Positions 44,143 to 57,982 of a DNA stretch of 64,000 bases are shown here, one piece after another; position 1 is the first letter of the stretch; each line of letters begins with the position of its first letter. The notes beneath the pieces are model-generated. The model searched no databases. It had not been told where the DNA came from and was given only the letters and a program-made list of their open reading frames with translations. The stretch is from Octopus vulgaris (lineage: Eukaryota): the NCBI GenBank assembly GCA_951406725.2, contig OX597839.1:6014001-6078000 (forward strand), in the 5' to 3' direction. The translations under genes were made by a program, and so were the position numbers.

Positions 44143-44424
44143 AATGCTCAGAGTGGAAGAGGCAGAGAAATCTTTAGTACGCAGAGATAAAGAGAGTTAT
44201 ACTAGAGTGATAAAATAAGAAATGGATTAAAGAGAAAGCGAAAATATATATAAAAAAAAACATTAATATAGATATAAATAATAACAATAAAAGTAGAGAG
44301 TGTAAAATGAATAAAAAAACAATAAAAAATAAAATGAAGAAAGTCAAATTGCCAGATAGTTTTGAGTGTATTTTGAAATAATTAGTAGATTGTTTTGGCA
44401 TATTTTTGCTTGGGTAGATGTAAC

Positions 44425-44465
<41 letters not shown>

Positions 44466-45364
44466 GTAAGAAGAAGAAGAAGAAGAAGATGATGATGAAG
44501 AAGAAGATGAAGAAGATGGTGATGAAGAAGAAGAAGAAGTAGACGAAGAAGAAGAAGAAGAAGATAATGATGATGAAGAAGAAGATGAAGAAGATGATGA
44601 AGAAGATGATGAAGAAGAAGATGAAGAAGAAGACGAAGAGGAAGAAGAAGAAGAACAATGATAATAATAATAATGATGATGATGATGATGACGATGATGA
44701 TGATGATGGGTGGAAAGAAAGAAGAAAAGAAATGCAAGGATGAGTAACAAAGGAAAGGATGAGAAAATGATGGAAAAGACAGTTGAAAGAGAGGGGAAAG
44801 ATGAGAGAGGAAAGGAGGTTCAGAGAGAGAGAGAGAGAGGGAGAAGGAGAATGGTGAGTTGTGGTTAGAGGATGCAGGTAAATAAAATGTAAGATTTCTC
44901 TCTAATCAGAACAGGAAGCCATACAGAGTAGGGTATGTTTATGTGCACATGCATACATACATACATACATATATATATATATATAGGGCCAAGTGTGGCT
45001 GTGTGGTAAGGAGCTTGCTTCCCAACCACCTAGTTCTTGGTTCAGTCCCACAGCATGCCACCTTGGAAAGTGTCTTCTACTATAGCCTTGCCTAGCCAAA
45101 GCCTTTTGAGTAGATTTGGTAGACGGAAACTGAAAGAAGCTCATGGAGCAATCAATGGCCATCCAACAATGTATGGATGCACAAGGATATGGAAATACCT
45201 GGGTTCGTGTCCAAGCATGTGGTTGGTCCACTGGGAGTGGAAGGACCCTCTGTTGTTGTCACGTCTCCCTGGGAGAGGGAAACTCTGAGAGAAAACCTGC
45301 AACACAGGCAATATTCAATGGTATAGACTAGCTCTTCTTTTTGAGTTTATGTTGTCCATGTTCA

Positions 45365-45940
45365 GTCGAACCAATTCTACTATATGGCCCAGAAACCTGG
45401 ACGTTATCAAAGAAGCTTGAGAGGCGGTTGGATGGAACTTACACTCGCCACAACCACAATGACACATGCTAAAATTTGTTGTTGTCATTATCATCTGCTC
45501 TTTTCTCTTTTCTCACCTGGTAAATATTTTACCTGTAACATAGGTATACTTTTTCCTTTGTCTATATTATAACATTGTCTATATTATAACATTATCTATG
45601 TTATAACTGATGAGAGCTTAAAATCTCTCGTAGAAGCATCATCCAACCAAAGTACAAATATATGGGAAACTACCACTTGTGTCATCTCTTGTGAAAGGTA
45701 GAAGAGTCCAGTTTGCTGGACATTGTTGTAGAGCTGAAAACGAGGTAATTTCTACTCTTCTCCTCTGGAAGCCATCTGCTCGCGATACCAGAGGATGCAC
45801 ACTCTCCTACCCTGATGTAATCTCCAGGGATACAGGCATCCAGCAACAGGACCTCCGTAATGCTATGATGGACTGTGATGTCTGACGGAGCATAGTAAAT
45901 TCCATTGTCTCGACCACGGTCGAATAATTATGATGATGAT
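45365..45940 (+). mobile_element. RTE-clade LINE 3' fragment with an internal 130-bp foreign insert
   Basis: ILLYGPETWTLSKKLERRLDGTYTR ... VSSLVKGRRVQFAGHCCRAENEVISTLLLWKP... ending in a (GAT)n tail; LLYGxETW and FAGH motifs are typical of RTE-type RT C-termini. Confidence 0.8.
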
Positions 45941-46139
45941 CAGTGAGTGGGATTGGATTTGTGCAAATCCTTTCCCTACTGTAAAAAAATCATCATGCAC
46001 AGGCATCACTTGAGAAAAAAAAAAAAATAAGACTTATCACAAAAATGGCTGGTCATAGCCTTCGCATGTGTAGGACTTTCAATCAAGCAATGACAATACT
46101 CAATCATGAGTCATCAATCATTATATTTATCAAAGACAA

Positions 46140-46490
46140 GGTGGCAAGCTGGCAGAAACGTTAGCATGCCGGGCGAAATGCGTAGCGGTATTTCGTCTGC
46201 CGTTACATTCTGAGTTCAAATTCCGCCGAGGTTGACTTTGCTTTTCATCGTTTCGGGGTTGATAAATTAAGTACCAGTTACGCACTGGGGGTCGATGTAA
46301 TCGACTTAATACCTATGTCTGTCCTTGTTTGTTCCCTCTGTGTTTAGCCCCTTGTGGGTAATAAAGAAATAGAAATAGGTATTTCGTCTGTCGTTATGTT
46401 CTGAGTTCAAATTCCGCCGAGGTCGACTTTGCCTTTCATCCTTTCGGGGTCGATAAATAAAGTGCCAGTTTCGCACTGGAGTCGATATAA
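46140..46490 (+). mobile_element. SINE B with a partial second unit
   Basis: Full head, tail aaagaaatagaaatag, then gtatttcgtctg (junction 46372-46385). Confidence 0.8.
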
Positions 46491-47376
46491 TTGTGGTCAG
46501 CCCAAGGCTATTGTCGAAGACACTTGCCTAACGTTCCACACAGTGGGACTGAACCCAGAATCATGTGGATGGGAAGAAAGCGTCTTACCACACAGCCATG
46601 CCTACCCCTATAATGTGCATGTGCATGTACTTTACTGATGTCCATGTCTGTATGTATGTCTGCTTGTCATTATGTATATGTGTGTCTGTGCCATTCTGTC
46701 TAGCAGCACACGGCTGTGTCATGTAATAATGTAGCCAAGTACATCCATTAAGGAAATAATAAAAATTATATTAAAAAATAAAAAAACACAGGACACATCA
46801 AAAAAACCCTTCTAGGTCATTATTTCCATAGATAACTCTGTGTCAGTCATTAAAAAGTACTTAATAATGTTCCCTAGTTAAAAATATTTATAGTCTAAGA
46901 TATAAAACTGCATTTTTTAAATATATTTTTAATAATATTTTCTGAAGTTTAAAATATGCATATTTATAGGCTGAAATATAATAAATACCTCATTCTAAAT
47001 TTTCCTCTTTTGCATTTATGCTCACAAACTATACCAAAATATTTTTATGGGCTTTAAATTGTGATGCACTTAAATCAGGTTTGGGAACAAGTGAGATAGC
47101 TCTTTAATTGTGGTTGTAGATTAGTTATGGCTATGTCTATCTAAGTGTATCTGTCTTTAGGTGTGGATGTGTGTACATACGTCTGTCTGAATTTTAGGTA
47201 TGGGTGCATCCATCTCTATATATAAAATCTATATATATATATATATATCTATGCCTGTCTGTCTATCTGTATGTACGTCTGTGTGTCTAGCTGCAGTTGT
47301 GCCTGTCTGTCTATTTGGTGGTGGTGACATCTATTAATGCTTGTACTTTTAGTTATGAGAGTATCTGTCTGTTTGT

Positions 47377-47407
<31 letters not shown>

Positions 47408-47990
47408 GGCACAGGAGTGGCTGTGTGGTAAGTAGCTTGCTTACCAGCCACATGGTTCCGGGTTCAGTCCCATTGTGTGGCACCTTGGGCAAGTGTCTGC
47501 TACTATAGCCTCGGGCCCACCAAAGCCTTGTGAGTCGATTTGGTAGACAGAAACTGAAACAAGCCCATTGTGTGTGGTTAGTAGCTTGCTTACCAACCAC
47601 ATGGTTCCGGGTTCAGTCCCACTGCAAGGCACCTTGGGCAAGTGTCTTCTACTATAGCCTCGGGCCCACCAAAGCCTTGTGAGTGGATTTGGTAGACAGA
47701 AACTGAAACAAGCCCATTGTGAGTGGTAAGTAGCTTGCTTACCAACCACATGGTTCCGGGTTCAGTCCCACTGCATGGCACCTTGGGCAAGTGTCTTCTA
47801 CTATAGCCTCGGGCCCACCAAAGCCTTGTGAGTCGATTTGGTAGACAGAAACTGAAACAAGCCCATTGTGTGTGGTTAGTAGCTTGCTTACCAACCACAT
47901 GGTTCCGGGTTCAGTCCCACTGCATGGCACCTTGGGCAAGTATCTGCTACTATAGCCTCAGGCCCACCAAAGCCTTGTGAGTGGACTTGT
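47408..47990 (+). repeat. Tandem array of about four 149-bp SINE A heads
   Basis: Unit tgtggt(a/t)agtagcttgcttacc...gaaacaagcccattg repeats with period 149. Confidence 0.9.
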
Positions 47991-48763
47991 GTTTTGACTT
48001 TGTTGTTTTTATTTTTGATTTCTTTAACACTCTCCCATAATCTTCAATGCACTAAAACCATGGCTAGAATAGTGGAGTCCTTATATACCCATGTTTCTTT
48101 TATACCAGTAAATATAACAGTTAGGTCTATGTCTATTTCTGGTTTAATATACTTTTGACTTATCTGTGTCTGTGACCATGTCTATGTCTACCTAGTCCTG
48201 TGTCTGGATGTATGGTTGTTTGCGACTAAAGATCTGTCATAAATAATGATAATAATGACGAAGAGGAGGAGACACAAAATAACACTAATTACTAAAGCAT
48301 ATCTGACATTTACAGTGAAGGCAAAGTGGTACTATTAATATAATTGACCATATTAATGTACGAACGTCTATCATCAACATCATCATCATCGTTTAGCGTC
48401 CGCTTTCCATGCTAGCATGGGTTGGATGGTTCAACTGGGGTCTGGGAAGCCAGAAGGCTGCACCAGGCTCCAGTCTGATCTGGCAATGTTTCTACGGCTG
48501 GATGCCCTTCCTAACGCCAACCACTCCGTGTGTGTAGTGGGTGCTTTTTACATGCCACCGGCACAGACGTGCCAGACGGGGCTGGCAAACGGCCACGATC
48601 GGATGGTGCTTTTTACGTGCCAGACGAAGCTGGCAAACAGCCACAATCGGATGGTGCTTCTTACTTGCCACCGGCACGGAGGTCAGGCGAGGCTGGCAAA
48701 TGGCCATGATCGGATGGTGCTTTTTACGTGCCGAGTTTGTCTATGTTAGCAAGTGAGTGTGTG

Positions 48764-48799
<36 letters not shown>

Positions 48800-48804
48800 T
48801 TTTT

Positions 48805-49230
48805 ATTGTTATATTTTGGGCTGGTCAGTTTTTTGTTTGGGGGGGGGGCGAAATAAATACATGCACAATACATTCGTTCTTCTCTCATTTATTACTGTTC
48901 ATATTTTTATCTTATGGCCATGGTCCGAAAAATCTTTCATCACATACTTGTGACCTCTTTAAGTGACACTTTCTGTCCTTGTATATTTTCCTTGTATATT
49001 CACTTAGTCACAGAAGAAGAGAATGGTCTAAGCAGAGTAGGATCATACATGAGGACAGAAAGTGTCGCTGAACAGGTCACAGGTGTGTGATGCAAAGGTT
49101 TCCGGACAATGGACATCAGTTAGAAATAAGAAAAGTGATAAACAAGTGAAGAATGAATATATAGGACGTGTGCTTTTATAGCAAAAAAGAAAAAAGAAAC
49201 AAAAAAGGCCAGTCCCAAATACTACAACAT
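48805..49230. mobile_element. Foldback/MITE element with long imperfect inverted arms
   Basis: 48917-48983 (ggccatggtccg...gacactttctgtcc) is the imperfect reverse complement of 49047-49114; pairing extends outward to tattttgggctggtc / ggccagtcccaaata. Confidence 0.75.
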
Positions 49231-49382
49231 CTGTTTCAAGAAATCTTGCAACACAAATTCATAAATATATATATATATATAATAAAACATTGATTTTTAT
49301 TGTTATCTTAATTTTAATATTTCTGTTATATGTAATTTTCTAGATGGTGTAATTTCATTGTTCATTTTGAATTGATAAAAGG

Positions 49383-49742
49383 TGGGTTTTTTTCTAATTT
49401 TTTATATGGTGACCCCCTTCGGTCAGACACTGACCATGGGCTTGCACCTAGAGAGTTACCCTCTGAGGCACAAGTCTGGGCAAGGTTGTTTTATTGGAAG
49501 ACCAGCAGTCACCCATGCATATCGGCCTCCCCTCTCCACGTCACCGATGTTGTCCAAGGGAAAGGCAATGGCCGATACAGCTTGGCACCAGTGACGTCGC
49601 AACTCATTTCTACAGCTGAGTGAACTGGAGCAACATGAAATAGAGTGTCTTGCTCAAGAACACAACACGCAGCCCGGTCCGGTATTCGAGCTCACAACCT
49701 CACGATCGTAAGCTCGACGCTCTAACCACTGAGCCACATGCC
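49383..49742 (-). mobile_element. tRNA-derived SINE family G
   Basis: Minus strand ggcatgtggctcagtggttagagcg...gctcgaatacc...ttgtgttcttgagcaagacact; a related copy lies at about 10189-10335(-), with more distant tRNA-headed SINEs at about 21898, 32797 and 39165. Confidence 0.7.
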
Positions 49743-49900
49743 TTATATTATATTATATTATATTGTGTGAAATTTGATTTAGTATTTCTAAAGTGAATTT
49801 TTTTTCCCTGTAAGTTTGGATTTATATTCCCTCAAATAATAATAATAATAATTATATATATATGTATAGATGTGGTGACAATGGGCTTAGTGGGTCTTAC

Positions 49901-50025
49901 CTGATGCCTCAGTGACAACGGTGACATTCACACCCCGCTTTTGCTTGCTGACGTCGGAAACTCCATTCTCGGCCAAGATCTGAATAACGTACTCCTCGCT
50001 TGGTATCAAACCAGTCAAAGTTACC
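49901..50025 (-). CDS. Eph: Eph receptor exon: first FN3 domain, C-terminal part
   Basis: Acceptor catatttcag| and donor |gtaaga; 125 nt, phase 2 in, phase 1 out, in frame with the previous exon (AT+G=Met). Translates (M)VTLTGLIPSEEYVIQILAENGVSDVSKQKRGVNVTVVTEAS; the Y..QIxAxNGVS motif is typical of Eph FN3-1. Confidence 0.95.
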
Positions 50026-50104
50026 CTGAAATATGGACAATAAAACAATACAAATAACATATATTTCGGAACAAATACACACACACCTACATGTGTGTCT
50101 ATAT

Positions 50105-50146
<42 letters not shown>

Positions 50147-50147
50147 G

Positions 50148-50200
50148 GAGCTTCTACAGGACTAGAACTGTTTCATTCAGATGAAATCTTCAGGAAGCTC
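50148..50200 (-). ncRNA. Type I hammerhead ribozyme motif on the Eph sense strand (Penelope-like element type)
   Basis: GAGCTTC-CTGAAGA-T TTC ATCT GAA T-GAA-ACAG ttctagtc CTGT-A-GAAGCTC. Stem I 7 bp, core CUGANGA/GAAA, stem III 4 bp, GUA cleavage triplet (cut after 50155). Stem II opens with a non-canonical U-U. Confidence 0.75.
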
Positions 50201-50203
50201 TTT

Positions 50204-50260
50204 AGGTGCTTCCTGAAGATTTCATCTGAATGAAACAGTTCTAGTCCTGTAGAAGCTCCT
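50204..50260 (+). ncRNA. Type I hammerhead ribozyme motif (inverted twin of 50148-50200)
   Basis: AGGTGCTTC-CTGAAGA(50213-50219)-stem II-GAAA(50232-50235)-stem III ACAG/CTGT-A(50251)-GAAGCTCCT; stem I is 9 bp with one mismatch. Confidence 0.75.
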
Positions 50261-50764
50261 TCTATAAAATAAATTACTTGACTCTGCTATGTACTGAGTA
50301 CCTTATTTACTGTGGTTAACCCTGACTCAACCCGGGACCTACATATATATTTTTTTTTTTTTGTACTTGTTTCAGTCATTTGACTGCGGCCATGCTGGAG
50401 CACCGCCTTTTAGAGTGGTGAAAGAGTACAGCAGGGATCACCACCATCCCCTGCCGGAGCCTCGTGGAGCTTTTAGGTGTTTTCGCTCAATAAACACTCA
50501 CAACGCCCGGTCTGGGAATCGAAACCGCGATCCTACGACCGCAAGTCCGCTGCCCTAACCACTGGGCCATTGCGCCTCCACATATATAAAATTTAATAAG
50601 GGTAGAAATTGATATTAATCAATTAAAACCAGTGACCCAGCATGTTAAAAAAATCCGAAGATTAAAATATTTTTACATACAAAATTTAAAGGACTGACCA
50701 CTAAAAGTGGACGGTCAACATGCTAGATATAGACATCAAATCGCTATTTTCCACAAAGAATATG

Positions 50765-51122
50765 GGTGCTTTTTATGTGCCACCAGCACAGGTGCCAGGC
50801 GAGGCTGGCAAACAGCCATGATCGGATGGTACTTTTTACGTGCCACCGGCATGGAGGCCAGGCGAGGCTGGCAAATGGCCACGATCGGATGGTGCTTTTT
50901 ATGTGCCACCGGCATGGATGCCAGGCGAGGCTGGCAAACGGCCACGATCGGATGGTGCTTTTTATGTGCCACCGGCATGGATGCCAGGCGAGGCTGACAA
51001 ATGGCCACGATCGGATGGTGCTTTTTATGTGCCACCGGCATGGAGGCCAGGCGAGGCTGGCAAACGGCCACGATCGGATGGTGCTTTTTATGTGCCACCG
51101 GCACGGAGGCCAGGCGAGGCTG
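50765..51122. repeat. 63-bp minisatellite (about 5.7 copies) derived from the SINE C internal repeat
   Basis: Unit ggtgctttttatgtgccaccggcatgga.gccaggcgaggctggcaaa.ggccacgatcggat; the same unit occurs 2-3 times inside SINE C copies at 33830-34075 and 48540-48735. Confidence 0.9.
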
Positions 51123-51158
51123 ATCAAATAAAAAACTCAGTACAAACCAAAGCATTTG

Positions 51159-51216
<58 letters not shown>

Positions 51217-51350
51217 GTATGTATGTATACAGATGAATATGGTACTTAAGTTGAGGCACCAGAATTTAGTACAGTATTATCCATAGAATTTCAAAGTCAC
51301 AGACAAAAATAAGGAAATTAACAACAAAGAAGAAATCAAAGGAGACTTAC

Positions 51351-51531
51351 ATGGTGGAAATAAAACCCTTCATTTTTGGGATATATTTCACGTTTTTGTC
51401 ACATTTATTGCACTCTACACGATAGGTGAGATCATTTCGGCCACCATTACTGCGAGGATGCCACCACGACAAAGTTACTGATGTCGTGTTTACACTTCGG
51501 ATCGTTAATTTCTGTGGGGGCGATGGTGGTT
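51351..51531 (-). CDS. Eph: Eph receptor tyrosine kinase exon: first fibronectin type III domain, N-terminal part
   Basis: Acceptor ttctttcag| and donor |gtaagt; 181 nt, phase 1 in, phase 2 out. Translates xPPSPPQKLTIRSVNTTSVTLSWWHPRSNGGRNDLTYRVECNKCDKNVKYIPKMKGFIST, matching the Eph FN3-1 pattern PPSxP..VNxTSVxLxW..P...GGRxDLxY.V.C..C...V.Y.P. Confidence 0.95.
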
Positions 51532-51774
51532 CTGAAAGAAAGAGAAGGAGGAAAAGAATTAGTAGAGATTATTCTCTGGTGTAAACTCTTCTACATACAA
51601 AACAGTTCATATATAGATATATATTCTACATAAATAGGTTTGGTGATGCAAACAGGTAAAATAGAACCCAAAACATGAGATGTATATATTTTTGTTAATA
51701 TTTAACAGAAGCAACAGGGTACACTTAAGGGCCTAGAGTGTCATACATAGCACTTACATACAATATATATACAT

Positions 51775-52980
<1,206 letters not shown>

Positions 52981-53169
52981 TATTTTGTTCATGTGCCCAT
53001 TACTTAGCAGTTTGGCAGATATCAATCGATAAAACAAGGGGCAAACTTAAAAGTAAGCTACTGGAGTTGATTTCATCAACTGAGCCCTTCATCGCACTGC
53101 CCCAGCATGACCACATGACTGAAATCTTTTAGATAAGGAAAGAATGAATATAGAGAGCTAGAAAAACTA

Positions 53170-54939
53170 AAGTAGAAACAGAAGCAGCAGCAGTGGTGAG
53201 GGTAGTAGTAGTAGTAGTAATAGTATTGATGGTGTTGGTCTTAGTAGTAGTAGGAGTGGTGGTCGTTGCCTTAGTAGTAGTAATGGTGGTAGTAGTACTA
53301 GTGGTGATAGTGGTGGTTTTAGTTGTAGTACTAGTAGTAGTAGTAATAGTATTGATGGTGTTGGTCCTAGTAGTAGTAGTAGGAGTGGTGGTCGTTGCCT
53401 TAGTAGTAGTAATGGTGGTAGTAGTACTAGTAGTGATAGTGGTGGTTTTAGTAGTAGTAGTAATAGTATTGATGGTGGTGGTCTTTGTAGTAGTGGGAGA
53501 GGTGGTCGCTGCCTTAGTAGCAGTAATGGTGGTAGTAATATTAGTAGTAGTAGTAGTAGTAGTTAATCATCAATCAATCAATCGAATCAAATTAAATCAA
53601 TCAATAGTCGTACTAACCTAGCTCTAGACTAGCGGAAAGCTAGTTTAAGGAAAAAAAAAAGTCAAATAACAAATAAAAAAAAAAAAAAAAATAGAAGAAA
53701 ACTATAACAAAACTAGCAAAAAAAAAAAAGAAGAAAAAAAAGAACCTAACAAAGCTGTTCTCATGCTAGCATCTCCTTCTGCCTAAGCGTTCTATCTTCT
53801 GCATCCTCGTTATTAATAAGAATGTAACAACACAAAACATTGGAAAATAGGAAAATAAAAACAAAAAAAAAATTAAAATATTATATAAATAAATAAATAA
53901 AAATAATTATAGTAGCATTTCTAAATAAATCTAATTTACATGAAGTACTTGGACAGACAATTTTAGCTTGAATGAAATTCAATACAATTTAAGTCATTTG
54001 TAGATGATGATGATGATGGTGGTGGTGGTGATGGTGGTGGTGGTGGTGGTGGTGATTATGGAGGAGGTGGAGGCAAGGGGAAGAAGAGAAGGCAAGAAGG
54101 GAAGGAGAAGAAAGTTAAAGGAAAAGAAGAAAGAAGAAGAATGAGGAGAAAAAGAATGAGAAGAAGACTTGGAAGAAGAAGAAGGAGATTGAAAGAAGAA
54201 GTAGAATTGGAAGGATAAGAAGAAGTATGAGAAGAAGAAGAAGAAGATTGAAAGAAGAAGAAGAATTGGAAGGATGAGGAGAAGAAGTATGAGAAGAAGA
54301 AGAAGAAGACAGAAGATTAGAAGAAGAAGAAGAAGAAGAAAAAGAAGACAGAAGAAGACAGAAGATTGGAAGAAGAAGAAGAAGAAGAAGAAGAAGAAGA
54401 AGAAGAAGACAGAAGATTGGAAGAAAAAGAAGAAGAAGACACAAAAAAGACAGAAGAAAGGTAATTGGTTGAAGGTTCTTCCAATTCTTTTGAAAGTGAA
54501 ATCTTATATTTTTTTCTTTTAAAAATTCCTTTTTCTTTATATTTCTAGAGAAGTTTAACTCCTTGCCCCAACCCTCCTTCCCCCCACTATTCTGTGTTCC
54601 ATCTCATACCACACTTCACATACAATACACAGCATCAATAACACTACAGTTACGATACAATACCACAACATTCTACCCCAGTTTCCACCCCTGAAAGAAA
54701 TGCCACCATTATCATTTTGCATTCTTATATACACCTGCCCTCAAAAATCCAAAAAGAGATTTTACAAATTCATGTTATTTTTTAAAAAAATTAATTTCTT
54801 TCTTTTTTTTTTTCAAAATAGCTTTTTCTATTCTAAGTTTCATTTTTTACACTTTTTTTTTTTCATTTTTTTTAATCGTTCAATACAAAACTACGAAAGG
54901 AAAGGAAAAGAAAAGTAGCAAAAAAATTACAAAAACACT

Positions 54940-54984
<45 letters not shown>

Positions 54985-55257
54985 TACACACACACACATT
55001 CACACAGGCCGTAAAGCATATATATATACATATATATATATATATAAATGTAATATATTATATAATACTTTTAAGAAATTTTTCCCCGCTTTTCAAATTT
55101 GAAATTTTCTAAACTTATTTACATCTTCAAATGTAATTTTATTTATCTATCCATTTTATTATTATTATCATTATTACTATTATTATTATTATTACTGTTA
55201 TTATTATTATCATTATCATCATTATTATTATTGTTATTATCATTATCATCATTATCA

Positions 55258-55324
<67 letters not shown>

Positions 55325-55359
55325 CATCATTATTATTATTATTATTATTATCATTATCA

Positions 55360-55393
<34 letters not shown>

Positions 55394-55470
55394 AAAGTAA
55401 ATTTCAGCTTTCAGACATTAGAGGAGAAGGAAAAACATACAAGGAAGTTGGATAAGGAAAGGGGAATTTA

Positions 55471-55508
<38 letters not shown>

Positions 55509-55591
55509 TAAAAAGCTAATAATTTGAATAAGAGAAATTTCCACTTGGAAGAGCAGAACTAAATTTGAACATCTGTAATGTAACACACACA

Positions 55592-55626
<35 letters not shown>

Positions 55627-55646
55627 TAATAATAATAATAATAATA

Positions 55647-55677
<31 letters not shown>

Positions 55678-55680
55678 TGA
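53170..55680. repeat. (GTA/GTG)n, (GAA)n and (TTA/TAA)n microsatellite blocks
   Basis: Direct reading; the 53195-53560 block has a higher-order unit of about 130 bp. Confidence 0.85.
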
Positions 55681-56473
55681 AAATCGAGGGAATAGAGGTG
55701 GGGTGAAATTGGCTTTATTTTTTTTTTTAGTTTAAAGTTTTTTTTTTTCCCAGGAAATATTTTAGTATCATAATAACGAATACAGTAAATTTGGAGAGAC
55801 AGAGAGGAGAGGAAGAGAGGAATAGGAGAATGGAAAGAGAGAGTGGCCAATAAAGGAAAGCAGAAATTAGTGAATGAGTGTCAAAGGATTATATAAATTT
55901 GTAAGATAAGATACATACACATACACACACATATCTATATGTATAGTGTTATGCTTAGAAGCAATGTATGTTACAGGAATTTCTGACTTGAGTCAGGCAG
56001 AACTAACCACTCCAAATCCTTCTTGTAGTCAGGGTTGGTTTTAAGTTAATTAGACAGATTTGTCCAAAATGGGTCCTGTGCCAAGAGAGGGCCTTCTACC
56101 AAAAGTGAGCTCCATGCAAACACTTGAGTAGCAGGTGCTATGAAGAATTTTTAGTAAATCATTGTGGCCAATGGTGGCACCTCAAGCCCTCAATGCATTT
56201 TGGCTGAGACTAATATACAATGCAAAATATCCATCTTCAGCGTTTGAGAGATAAAGAGACAGTCAAAGAGACCAAGAGAGAGTGGGAGAGAGAGAGAGAA
56301 AGAAAGAGAGGGACAAAGAGAGCAAGAGAGAGAGTAAAGAGACCAAGAGAGGGACAAACAGAGAGTCAAAGAGACAAAGAGTGTGGGTGAGAGAGAGGGG
56401 GGGATAAAGTGACTAAGAGAGAATGAGAGAAACATAGAAAGCAAGAGGAAAGACAGAGAGACGAGACCGAGAG

Positions 56474-56509
<36 letters not shown>

Positions 56510-57510
56510 GAGTGAGAAGGAATCAGACAGAGAGAGCGAGACAGAAAGATAGAGAGACCAAGAGAGAAACAGAGAGTCAAAAAGACCAGGAGTGGGTGAG
56601 AGAGAGAAAGAGAGATAGAGAGAGAAGGAATCAGACAGAGAGAGCGAGATAGAAAGATAGAGAGACCAAAAGAGAGAGAAACAGAGAATCAAAAAGACTA
56701 AGAGTTTGGGTGAGAGAAAGAGAGAGAGAGAAAAAGAGAGGGACATTGAGAGCAAGTGCGAAAGACAGAGAGACAAAACCAAGTGAGAGAGAGACAAAGA
56801 GATAAAGAGAGAGAGAGAGACATGTGGTGGTGGTGGTGGTGGTGGTGGTGTGTGTGTGTGTGTGTGTATTTAGATGGAAAGTGCATGTGTATTGATGCAG
56901 ATAGTGAACAAGTACGACGAGTACATAGATAATGTGTGTATGTGGAGTACATGGAAGACGTGTATAAAGAATATATGAGAGAGACAAGAAAGAGGACGAG
57001 AGGGAGAGAGAGAGAGAAGGATGGAGATGAAGGAAGAAAAAGAAAGGGATAAAGACAAAGAGAGAGAGAGAGAAAGAAAGAAAGAAAGAATGAATGAATG
57101 AATGTAATTTTAAGCCAAGACACTCAACTGCCACTATATTAATTAGATGAAAATATAAAAAAAAAAAATAATTAGAAATGAAAGCATCGAATTGTAAGGT
57201 GGATATTTTCTGTGATAAGCCTTCCCCCACCACATCTCTGCTTCCACCATCATCTTTGTCCCATCTTGTGAGAGAATGAATATACATGTGAAGAGAAGAT
57301 GCTGGAAATTCTACAACAATGGTAACAACTGCTGCATCTGCAACCACCACTACCACCAGCACCACCACCATCAGTGTGACCACTATCACTGAGAGCATTA
57401 GCATTATATTATCCATACATACATATATACATACATATATATATATAAATATATATAAATATATATATATATATATTCTTATCTAGGTCGTCCCATATAC
57501 ATATATATAA

Positions 57511-57543
<33 letters not shown>

Positions 57544-57934
57544 CATACATATATGCATTTATACATACATATACATACATATATGCATTTATACATACAT
57601 ATACATACATATGTATATGCATACATATACATATGTACATATATACATGTACATAGATATACATACAAACAATATATATACATACAATATATATATATAC
57701 ATATATTATATATATATATACATACATATACACACACACATATATATATATACATAAACACACACATATACACACACACACACATATATATATATATACA
57801 CATACACACATATATATATATTCACACACACATACATATACACACACACACACCCACACATACATACATGCACGCACACACATATAAAACCTCCTATACA
57901 AATAAAAATGCTAACTAACAAACCATAACAATAC

Positions 57935-57982
<48 letters not shown>

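Larger units (their letters stand above)
50140..50345. mobile_element. Penelope-like element remnant with a perfect 59-bp inverted repeat, inserted in a (TA)n tract
   Basis: Arms 50140-50198 and 50208-50266 are exact reverse complements around a 9-nt loop. Hammerhead motif, inverted terminal duplication and (TA)n flanks are known PLE features. Family assignment is inferred. Confidence 0.6.

Noticed and set aside
45606-45635. CTGATGA motif
   Set aside because: Created at the insert/RTE junction; no following GAAA core or stems.
55960-56250. Non-repetitive stretch checked as a possible Eph cysteine-rich exon
   Set aside because: No Eph-like translation with suitable splice sites was recognised.
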